NCBI GenBank assembly: GCA_043718735.1
Contig: JAYSVC010000030.1
Span: forward strand, 1 to 41,309
Direction of reading: 5' to 3'
DNA: 41,309 bases
Origin: a bacterium
GTDB lineage: Bacteria; Patescibacteriota; Minisyncoccia; Phycocordibacterales; UBA5272
In this document: piece after piece, positions 8,423 to 15,745 of the stretch
Position numbering within the stretch: the stretch's first letter is position 1
How the letters are laid out: each line of letters opens with the position of its first letter
Program-made: the position numbers and the translations under genes
Notes under the pieces: model-generated
Databases searched by the model: none
Told to the model about the DNA's origin: nothing
Seen by the model: only the letters and a program-made list of their open reading frames with translations

Positions 8423-9739
8423 ATGAAATATAAGTTGGAAGACGATTACGAACCATTTAGTGGCATACAAGAATTATTTGAAAATGACAAATACCTTCTC
8501 TTTCTTTTAACCTTCTTAGAGGCGTACAAAGACGATAGAGACCATATAAGATTGTCTGAACTTACTAAAAATATTGACTGGAGTCATGAAGACTTTCACG
8601 ACAACTTACCAGATGAAGACTTTTACACTTATCAAGAAAGGGCTTTTAGTCAGGCAGAGATGTTTTATGAGTATTCACGATTAGGATTTTTTACAGCTGT
8701 GGGTATAGAAGATTACGAAGAGACAATAAATAAAATATTACTACATTTTGCTAGAGAAATAAAAGAAGAAGAGCTTAACCGAGATACAGCTAGTTATTTT
8801 CAAAATATAATAACAAATCTTATTTATTTTGCAGATAAAAGGAAAAATATGTTAGAAAAAGATAATGAAAGAAAAATTAAGAAGGGTCTATCCAAAGAAA
8901 ATCTTGATGAGTTTTTTAAGGAACTAAGAAGAAAAGATATTTTTATTTCAAAAGAAAATAGATATTTCAATAAATTACACGAACTTATGGGGGTTATTCC
9001 TGAGGACGTAACAATACTTATAGATAAAAATAAAAAAGGTTTTGATAAACTGGAAAAAGAGTTAAAAAAATATTTAGATGAGTTTATAAACAATAACCAC
9101 CACCTTAATAATAATCATAATGAGGCAAGAGAGCACGTATTCACACAAATTAACTTATTCATCAGATATATAAATACTCTTAATCCCGTAAATGGTTATG
9201 TTAATATACCCTTCTCAGTTCTTAAAGAAAAAAAGTTTGAAGCCATAAAACTAATAAAATACTTAGAGTTACAAGGACAAGTTAAGGTAAAGTGGAGTGA
9301 CGAGAAGAGTCTGAAATTAAAGTTTGCTAAAAATATGATTGATGAAAATCTATTTTTTGAAAATGAAAATAAAATAGAAACTCCTAATAATAATCCTAAA
9401 ATAAATAAAATTAAGTTTAACTTAAGTTTTTTACCTACCACTGGAATACTTGAAATAGCAAACAGAGATGGAGCTAAGTATAAAATAATAATACAAGGAC
9501 AAGTCCAAAAAGAAGTAATTAGGACTATATTTAAAACCCCAGAAAATACTTATTCTGAATGGAGTTTATATGAAATAAGCGAAGAGCTTGGTGGAGTGGA
9601 TATGAATGAAAGAGCCATTAACAATGCTCTATACCAGTTAAATAGAAAAGTTCAATTAGCGATACCAGAAATAAAAAATCTATTTGAGTTGAACAAACAT
9701 TCAGCAACAATAAATACAGAATATGTCATCAAAAATTAA
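8423..9739 (+). CDS. Hypothetical K/E/N-rich protein (438 aa) with possible C-terminal winged-helix
   Basis: Clean ORF divergent from the AbiV gene. The C-terminal ~90 aa (EWSLYEISEELGG...INNALYQLNRKV) looks like an OmpR/CadC-type wHTH. No NTPase motif seen. Confidence 0.6.
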   Translation: MKYKLEDDYEPFSGIQELFENDKYLLFLLTFLEAYKDDRDHIRLSELTKNIDWSHEDFHDNLPDEDFYTYQERAFSQAEMFYEYSRLGFFTAVGIEDYEETINKILLHFAREIKEEELNRDTASYFQNIITNLIYFADKRKNMLEKDNERKIKKGLSKENLDEFFKELRRKDIFISKENRYFNKLHELMGVIPEDVTILIDKNKKGFDKLEKELKKYLDEFINNNHHLNNNHNEAREHVFTQINLFIRYINTLNPVNGYVNIPFSVLKEKKFEAIKLIKYLELQGQVKVKWSDEKSLKLKFAKNMIDENLFFENENKIETPNNNPKINKIKFNLSFLPTTGILEIANRDGAKYKIIIQGQVQKEVIRTIFKTPENTYSEWSLYEISEELGGVDMNERAINNALYQLNRKVQLAIPEIKNLFELNKHSATINTEYVIKN

Positions 9740-9763
9740 GTAAACTTAAGTAAGCAATAAAGT

Positions 9764-9792
9764 ATCCTGAAGTTAGTCCTTCGGGATTTTTT
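9764..9792 (+). terminator. Rho-independent terminator
   Basis: Stem ATCCTGAAG (9764-9772) / CTTCGGGAT (9779-9787) with one G-U pair, followed by a T-run. Confidence 0.7.
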
Positions 9793-9948
9793 ATGCAGAT
9801 TACTAACGACAACAATTCTATAAAAGTAAATATAGAAAAGAAAGAAGAAATACCAGATTTTGAAAATGTGGTCGGTCTTTTTAACCTACTTTTAAAAATT
9901 GATAAGCGTGTTAATCCGCATATTTATAAAAATAATAATACAAAATAA
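9793..9948 (+). CDS. Possible small ORF (51 aa), not in the ORF track
   Basis: ATG at 9793 and TAA at 9946-9948, ending 2 nt before the next ATG. No SD or family match. Confidence 0.3.
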   Translation: MQITNDNNSIKVNIEKKEEIPDFENVVGLFNLLLKIDKRVNPHIYKNNNTK

Positions 9949-9950
9949 AT

Positions 9951-10235
9951 ATGGAAAAGTTCTACACATTTATACCAGATTACTCAATAGGCGAAGGAGA
10001 AAAACTTCTCTTCCCTATAACATCAGAAGAAGTCTTAAAGAGATTAGAAGATAAGCTTATAAACAAATACTTATATAGAGTGCATATGGCTCTTTGTTGT
10101 GTTGATAATATAAAAAAGCACTTAATAAAAGCTATGGATGAGGCTTCACTTATGGCTTTAGATGATAATGAACCTATATGGAAAGAGATAGATAAAAAAT
10201 ATCAAGAAGAAATACTAAACTCCATGAAAATATGA
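9951..10235 (+). CDS. Hypothetical protein (94 aa)
   Basis: ATGA stop/start overlap with the downstream Rep gene. Confidence 0.5.
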   Translation: MEKFYTFIPDYSIGEGEKLLFPITSEEVLKRLEDKLINKYLYRVHMALCCVDNIKKHLIKAMDEASLMALDDNEPIWKEIDKKYQEEILNSMKI

Positions 10236-11359
10236 TAGATACCATCTGCCTACTTATACCAAAGGATAAATTAATTTTCTTAAATGAAAGTAATAGTCCT
10301 AGTTGGAACTTACAATCTCATACAGAACAGTATGATAGGTTTGTAAAAAACCCTACAAAACTTCAAAAAGAAAGTGGTTACTACTACCCTCGTCTTACTG
10401 GATACAAAAGAAAATATAATGATGAACGCAATGTAAAAATTGAGTTCTCAGTTCCAAAGATTATCTACAATAACAACTTAGACGAAGTTGAAGAAAATCA
10501 ATTTGACGAAATAGTGAACACTTTAAGAAATAGACTAAGAGAAATGGGTATTGTAGCAACTGAAAGTACTATCAAAAATGCAGGAGTAAGCTCTATGCAC
10601 TATTCTAAAAATATAATACTTCAAGATGGGTACACTGTTAATCAAGTAATATCAGAACTAAATAAGATAGACCTGCGAAAGACTTTTGATTTTGCAAAAG
10701 CAAGATTTATCAATGATGGTCAAAGTCTATATCTCCATACTACCTCACACGAGTTTACAATCTATGACAAGCTAGCTGATATGAAAAAGGATAAAAAGCG
10801 TGCAATAGATAAAGACCAAACAATGATACAAAGAACTCTATTTAATCAAATAGATAAGAAAAAAGTCTTGAGCGAAGTTTTAAGATTTGAAGTAAGACTT
10901 AGTAAGAAAGTAAAAATGGATAGCCTGCTTGAAAAACTTGGGTATTCTAAACATATGAACTTTGAACAATTATTTAAAAAAGAAATAAGTCAAAAAATAG
11001 TTACTCATTATTGGGAAACTTTAATCACAGAAAGAAACCTTGGACTATTCACTGTACAAAGTTCAGATAAAGACTTGCTTAGAAGTATATATAGAGCTAT
11101 ACCGAATATAAAACCAAATAGAGCCATATATCTAACGGGATTACTATTACTCGCAAAAGATGGTAACGGGATGCGAGAACTTCGGTCCATATTAGAAAAG
11201 AAATCAAATGATAGAACTTGGTTTCGTATCGCAAAAGATGTAAGAGAATTATCAAGCTCACTACCCTCTAACTTGGTCAGAGGCTGGGTAAAACAAATAG
11301 ATAACGCATTATTAACTTATAAACCATTAAGAATAAAAGATTATGAAGAAATTACCTAA
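10232..11359 (+). CDS. Rolling-circle replication initiator, phage/plasmid gene II/X (Phage_CRI)-like
   Basis: N-terminal MIDTICLLIPKD resembles f1 gpII MIDMLVLRLPF. LRFEVRLSKK resembles gpII VRFEARIKTR. Comparison is from memory. Confidence 0.5.
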   Translation: MIDTICLLIPKDKLIFLNESNSPSWNLQSHTEQYDRFVKNPTKLQKESGYYYPRLTGYKRKYNDERNVKIEFSVPKIIYNNNLDEVEENQFDEIVNTLRNRLREMGIVATESTIKNAGVSSMHYSKNIILQDGYTVNQVISELNKIDLRKTFDFAKARFINDGQSLYLHTTSHEFTIYDKLADMKKDKKRAIDKDQTMIQRTLFNQIDKKKVLSEVLRFEVRLSKKVKMDSLLEKLGYSKHMNFEQLFKKEISQKIVTHYWETLITERNLGLFTVQSSDKDLLRSIYRAIPNIKPNRAIYLTGLLLLAKDGNGMRELRSILEKKSNDRTWFRIAKDVRELSSSLPSNLVRGWVKQIDNALLTYKPLRIKDYEEIT

Positions 11360-11381
11360 GCAAAAAAGAAACGAAATAGAA

Positions 11382-11419
11382 TTACTAATTGAAAAACAAA
11401 TGAAAGTTTTTACTAATTG
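11382..11419 (+). repeat. Direct repeats TTACTAATTG x2, with further (A/G)TAATACA x3 and TGTAAAG x2 repeats up to 11503. Candidate iterons/origin.
   Basis: TTACTAATTG at 11382-11391 and 11410-11419. TAATACA at 11431, 11445 and 11497. TGTAAAG at 11478 and 11488. The region lies immediately downstream of rep. Confidence 0.45.
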
Positions 11420-11471
11420 TATTATAAAAATAATACAAGAAAAGTAATACACATTATAAACAAAAATACTG

Positions 11472-11500
11472 TTGCAATGTAAAGAATTGTAAAGTATAAT
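11472..11500 (+). promoter_or_regulatory. Promoter TTGCAA-N17-TATAAT for the xis-M-R-recombinase operon
   Basis: TTGCAA at 11472-11477 and TATAAT at 11495-11500. A small hairpin CCAAG/CTTGG follows in the leader. Confidence 0.6.
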
Positions 11501-11534
11501 ACAACCAAGTAAGACTTGGATAAATAATCTTATT

Positions 11535-11723
11535 ATGAACGAAAAAAATACAAAAGAGTTTTACAAAGCTGAAGAGCTTGCCGAAAAATTAGAGGTCAAC
11601 ATTATGACTATCTACCGCTACATAAAAGCTGGTCGTCTCAAGGCTTATAAAATCGGTAAAGAGTTCAGAATAGACAAAGACGAGTTTAACGCTTTTCTTA
11701 AAAGTGTAAGAACATATGAGTAA
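11535..11723 (+). CDS. Excisionase-family (MerR-like HTH_17) DNA-binding protein
   Basis: EELAEKLEVNIMTIYRYIKAGRLKAYKIGKEFRI matches the excisionase-type HTH pattern. Confidence 0.75.
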   Translation: MNEKNTKEFYKAEELAEKLEVNIMTIYRYIKAGRLKAYKIGKEFRIDKDEFNAFLKSVRTYE

Positions 11724-12651
11724 TAAAAAAAACATAACTTATTCCTCACCAACTTTATTCGCTGGAACGAGTAAGAAAATTAACCATACTACTACTTTCA
11801 TTGATTTATTTGCTGGAATAGGAGGCTTTCATATAGCATTTCGTAACGCTGGTGCTGAATGTGTTTTTGCGTCTGAGTGGGACGAACACGCAAGAAAAAC
11901 ATACATTGAAAACTTTTATAAAAATGACCCAGCTCTTTTTGACGACGGTAACTTTGTTGGAGACATAACAAAAGTTGATAAAGCCTCAATACCTGATTTT
12001 GATATTCTTACAGGAGGTTTTCCTTGTCAGCCGTTTAGCCAAGCAGGACACAAAAAAGGTTTTGAGGATACAAGAGGAACTTTATTTTTTGATATTGCAG
12101 AAATACTTAGGATAAAAAGACCAAAAGCATTTTTCATTGAGAATGTTAGAGGGTTACTTACTCACGACTTAGGAAGAACTTTTGAAACAATTAAAAATAC
12201 AATCACTGAGGATTTGGGCTACTCATTTCATTTTGGAATTGTAAAAGCATCTGACCACGGATTACCACAACATAGACCAAGACTTTTTATGGTTGGTTTC
12301 AGAGATAAAGATATTGTGTTTACACCCCCTATAAAAAGAGAATTGATGTATACAATGTCAGATGTCTTTGAGGGTCAGGCAGAGAAAAAAGTTGGATTTA
12401 CTTTGCGTGTTGGAGGTAAGGGTTCAAGCATTACTGACCGCAGAAATTGGGACAGTTATATGGTTGACGGAAAAGTTAGACGGATTACTCCAAAGGAGGG
12501 CAAGCGAATGCAAGGATTTCCTGACGATTTTGTTTTCCCTGTTACTGATAATCAAGCAATGAAACAACTTGGTAACAGTGTTGCGATTAGGGCTATCCAA
12601 GACTATGCACAACAAATAATTGATACTTTAAATAAACACTATGAAAAATAA
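11716..12651 (+). CDS. DNA (cytosine-5)-methyltransferase
   Basis: Motif I FAGIGGF, motif IV GGFPCQPFS, motif VI ENV, motif VIII QHRPRLF, motif X GNSV. Confidence 0.92.
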   Translation: MSNKKNITYSSPTLFAGTSKKINHTTTFIDLFAGIGGFHIAFRNAGAECVFASEWDEHARKTYIENFYKNDPALFDDGNFVGDITKVDKASIPDFDILTGGFPCQPFSQAGHKKGFEDTRGTLFFDIAEILRIKRPKAFFIENVRGLLTHDLGRTFETIKNTITEDLGYSFHFGIVKASDHGLPQHRPRLFMVGFRDKDIVFTPPIKRELMYTMSDVFEGQAEKKVGFTLRVGGKGSSITDRRNWDSYMVDGKVRRITPKEGKRMQGFPDDFVFPVTDNQAMKQLGNSVAIRAIQDYAQQIIDTLNKHYEK

Positions 12652-13717
12652 TAATCCAACAACAGGAAATACGGGAGAATGGAGTGAACTATACGCACTT
12701 GGATTTTTACTTGCTAATGGTGGTGTGTACGGTGCTGATAGTAAACAAAATAGAAAAGATGATTTATTCTATAAGGTTTTAAGAGTGATTTTCCAAGGTA
12801 AAGAAAACAAAGAACGAGTGTCTTATGACATCAATGATGAAAATGTTGTTATTTACTTTGATAATAAAAGGGTCTCATCAATAAAAATTAGTAAGATAAA
12901 AACGGTCCTGAATAAGTTTTTGCTTTCACTTACCTCAAAGAACGAAGGGCGAGCATACAAATTAGAGACTGGCGAGGAAATGATGAAGTTACTCAAAAAA
13001 GAAGTTATAAAAGCATCAAGTAAAGACAAGAAAGATTTGGACTTGGTGTTACTTGATATAAAAACAAAGATACAAACACCTGAGATTGGTTTTAGTATAA
13101 AGTCTCAAATAGGTAGTCCCTCAACACTCATCAACGCGTCAAAGGCTACTAACTTTATTTACGAGGTCTTAGATAAGAATGGTAAGACACCAAAGACTTT
13201 ACCTGACCTACACCCTAAGAATGTAAAAGATAATATATCTTTATTACTTGATAGTGGCTATCAAGTCGTTTTCTCTAAAATGGAAAGTGCTACTTTTCAT
13301 AAAAATCTTACTCTTATAGACAGTAAACTTCCTGAGTATGTTGCTAAGTTCTTACTCTCATTCTTTTCAAGAGGAGCAAACTCAATGAGCGACTTAGTGA
13401 ATAAAAGTTTTACTGGTGAGGCAGGAAAGCAACCGATATATAAGATAAAAGAGTTTTTGAGTATTATGGCTCTTGGTATGATGCCTAATACTGATTGGAA
13501 TGGAATACTAACAAGTCTTGGAGGAATGCTTTTAGTAAAGAAAGACGGTGATGTGCTTTGTTATTATCTCTATAACATAGAGGATTTTCAAACTTACCTT
13601 TTGGACAACACAAAACTTGATACACCCAGCACAACACGATACGGTATTGGAAAGATAATACAAGAGGACGGAAAGATGTATATAAAACTAAACCTACAAG
13701 TCAGGTTCATAAAATAA
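12641..13717 (+). CDS. Type II restriction endonuclease, HpaII-family-like
   Basis: N-terminal GEWSELYALGFLLANGGVYGAD resembles the remembered HpaII-family start. It overlaps the C5-MTase gene by 11 nt. Confidence 0.6.
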   Translation: MKNNNPTTGNTGEWSELYALGFLLANGGVYGADSKQNRKDDLFYKVLRVIFQGKENKERVSYDINDENVVIYFDNKRVSSIKISKIKTVLNKFLLSLTSKNEGRAYKLETGEEMMKLLKKEVIKASSKDKKDLDLVLLDIKTKIQTPEIGFSIKSQIGSPSTLINASKATNFIYEVLDKNGKTPKTLPDLHPKNVKDNISLLLDSGYQVVFSKMESATFHKNLTLIDSKLPEYVAKFLLSFFSRGANSMSDLVNKSFTGEAGKQPIYKIKEFLSIMALGMMPNTDWNGILTSLGGMLLVKKDGDVLCYYLYNIEDFQTYLLDNTKLDTPSTTRYGIGKIIQEDGKMYIKLNLQVRFIK

Positions 13718-13718
13718 T

Positions 13719-15242
13719 ATGAAATCTCTAATCATAGCTAGAGTATCAACAGAAGAGCAAAGAGAAGCGGGTAATTCATTGCCAGCTCAACAAACAAGAC
13801 TTCTTAACTATATAGAACGCTCATATAGTAAAACCGATAACTCTAAGCTTGAAATAGATAAAGAGTTTATATTTGATGAAAGTGCTTATAAAGAACACAG
13901 AAAAGAGTTTGGTAAAATACTTGAATACATAGATTTACAAAAAGAAAACATAGCAGTTTGTTGTGATAAGGTCGACAGACTTTCAAGAGATTTCTTAACA
14001 GGATTGCCAGGATTAGAAAGACTTAGAAGAGTTGGTAAGATTGAATTACATTTCCCTTCTGATAATTTAGTTTTACACGTAAACTCTCCTGCTACAGACT
14101 TATTTCATTACAACATAGCAGTCGCTTTGGCTCAATATTATTCTAATGCTATAAGTGATAATACAAAAAGAGCCTTAGAGCAAAAGAGAAGAAATGGTGA
14201 ATGGACTGGTCCTGTAAGACTAGGCTACTTGAATGTCCCACTTGATGAAGAAAATAGGACCAGGAAAACTATAATCATAGACCCTGAAAGAGGACACCTA
14301 GTCGCAGAGATGTTTGATAAATATGCTACTGGTAATTACTCACTTGAGACCATAAGACAAGAAATGGCTAGTAAAGGCCTTAAGACCCGCAAAGGAAATA
14401 GCGTGTCTAAAAGTGGTGTTGAAAATATTTTAAAAGATAGTTTTTACTGCGGTATAGCGATGTCTAAAAAATATGGGCCATATGCTCACATATATCCAAA
14501 ACTTATAGACAGACCGGCTTTTGATAAGTGTAAGGAAATAAGAGAAAGTAGAAAGAAAAAACCAAATAAAGAAAAATCAAAAGACTTCATTTTGAAAGGT
14601 ATTTTAACTTGTTCAAATTGTGGTTGTAACATAACAGCTGAACAAGTAAAGAAGCCAAATGGTAATATTTATAACTACTATTCTTGCACAAATGGTAAAG
14701 GAATATGCAAGAGAGTGTATGTATCAGAAAAGACATTGCTAGAGCCTGTATATGGCATTTTAGGGCGTTTAGAAGGCATATCACAAGAAGCTCAAGAAAG
14801 ACTTATAAAGGAATTAAGAAACTTGAACGAAACACAAGTTGAATATCATAAAAAGCAAGTAGAAAGAATACAGTCTGAATACAAAAAATACCAAACAAGA
14901 AAAAATAGTATTCTTGATATGTATGCGGACCAGAGTATTACTAAGTTAGATTATGACAAAAAGATGCAAGAGTATAATGACAAAATGCAACTTCTTGAAA
15001 TTGAGCTTTCTGAATATGGAAACGCAGACACAGAATATAAAATCGTTATATCTACAGTATTTTCTCTGGCAAGAAGAGCTAAAGAAATATTTGATAGTTC
15101 TGAAGTGAATGAAAAAAGACAGATTTTGAGTTACCTACTTCAGAACTCCACCTTAAATGAAAAAACGCCTTGCTATACAATGCGTTCTCCGTATAATCTG
15201 ATACTCGGACTACATAGTAACCCTAACTGGCTCCGTGAGTAG
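13719..15242 (+). CDS. Large serine recombinase (integrase)
   Basis: The resolvase catalytic N-terminus IIARVSTEEQ is followed by a recombinase domain. A zinc ribbon (CSNCGC...YYSCTNGKGIC) and a coiled-coil tail complete the protein. Confidence 0.9.
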   Translation: MKSLIIARVSTEEQREAGNSLPAQQTRLLNYIERSYSKTDNSKLEIDKEFIFDESAYKEHRKEFGKILEYIDLQKENIAVCCDKVDRLSRDFLTGLPGLERLRRVGKIELHFPSDNLVLHVNSPATDLFHYNIAVALAQYYSNAISDNTKRALEQKRRNGEWTGPVRLGYLNVPLDEENRTRKTIIIDPERGHLVAEMFDKYATGNYSLETIRQEMASKGLKTRKGNSVSKSGVENILKDSFYCGIAMSKKYGPYAHIYPKLIDRPAFDKCKEIRESRKKKPNKEKSKDFILKGILTCSNCGCNITAEQVKKPNGNIYNYYSCTNGKGICKRVYVSEKTLLEPVYGILGRLEGISQEAQERLIKELRNLNETQVEYHKKQVERIQSEYKKYQTRKNSILDMYADQSITKLDYDKKMQEYNDKMQLLEIELSEYGNADTEYKIVISTVFSLARRAKEIFDSSEVNEKRQILSYLLQNSTLNEKTPCYTMRSPYNLILGLHSNPNWLRE

Positions 15243-15302
15243 GGATCGAACCTACGACCAATTCCTTAACAGGGAACTGCTCTACCGCTGAGCTATCACG
15301 GA
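15228..15302 (-). tRNA. tRNA-Asn (GTT), CCA encoded
   Basis: Manual cloverleaf: acceptor TCCGTGA/TCACGGA, anticodon loop CTGTTAA, T-loop TTCGATC, 75 nt. Confidence 0.9.
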
Positions 15303-15309
15303 ATAATGG

Positions 15310-15386
15310 TCTCGCTTAGCGCCTACTGAACGTAAGATATTTACACTCACTTTTTCGTATACGAAGAAAGTCAGCGCTAAGCGAGA
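15310..15386 (-). ncRNA. Candidate structured RNA / tRNA-Asn leader (Y-shaped, ~77 nt)
   Basis: 13-bp perfect closing stem (15310-15322 / 15374-15386) encloses two ~8-bp hairpins. It starts at the predicted TSS of the promoter at 15392-15420. Confidence 0.45.
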
Positions 15387-15391
15387 AATAC

Positions 15392-15420
15392 ATTATACAA
15401 AATTTTTGACATAAATGCAA
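15392..15420 (-). promoter_or_regulatory. Promoter TTGCAT-N17-TATAAT
   Basis: Minus-strand TTGCAT at 15415-15420 and TATAAT at 15392-15397, with a 17-nt spacer. Confidence 0.6.
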
Positions 15421-15464
15421 ATTAAAATCCCCAAGTTCTGGAGAGTTTAACTTTTATTTTTTTG

Positions 15465-15537
15465 TGCCCCCGGCAGGATTCGAACCTGCGACCATCTGCT
15501 TAAAAGGCAGTTGCTCTACCAACTGAGCTACAAGGGC
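15465..15537 (-). tRNA. tRNA-Lys (TTT), CCA not encoded
   Basis: Manual cloverleaf: acceptor GCCCTTG/CGGGGGC with two G-U pairs, anticodon loop CTTTTAA, T-loop TTCGAAT, 73 nt. Confidence 0.85.
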
Positions 15538-15545
15538 TTGAAAAT

Positions 15546-15574
15546 ATTTTAACATATTTTCAAAAAAATAGCAA
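15546..15574 (-). promoter_or_regulatory. Promoter TTGCTA-N17-TAAAAT with TGT extended -10, 8 nt upstream of the tRNA-Lys 5' end
   Basis: Minus-strand TTGCTA at 15569-15574, TGT at 15552-15554, TAAAAT at 15546-15551. Confidence 0.6.
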
Positions 15575-15745
15575 AAAAAGAATGCTTTGAATGCAGAGTA
15601 TTTTGCTTTTTATATGACACGTTATCCCCAACTTGGCAAAGTTTACTTTCTGTGGTGGTTATGATAGTATTCAATTAAGTATAAACATCTTTATAAAAAA
15701 ACCTGCTTATACATTAATAGAGAGACTTAAAAAAATAAAAACTTT

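Larger units (their letters stand above)
7577..15242 (+). mobile_element. Putative integrated element at the 3' end of tRNA-Asn, carrying a large serine recombinase, RCR Rep, R-M system and AbiV
   Basis: The recombinase stop codon lies inside tRNA-Asn. The cargo is of mobile/defence type. Short identities between the two ends are GCTCC (7577-7581 / 15230-15234) and TAACTGG (7607-7613 / 15224-15230). The left boundary is uncertain. Confidence 0.55.

Noticed and set aside
15406-15428. Plus-strand TTGACA ... TAAAAT pair between the tRNAs. A similar TTGACA/TATAAT pair lies near 36140-36165 on the minus strand.
   Set aside because: The spacers are only 10-11 nt, which is incompatible with sigma70-type promoter geometry.
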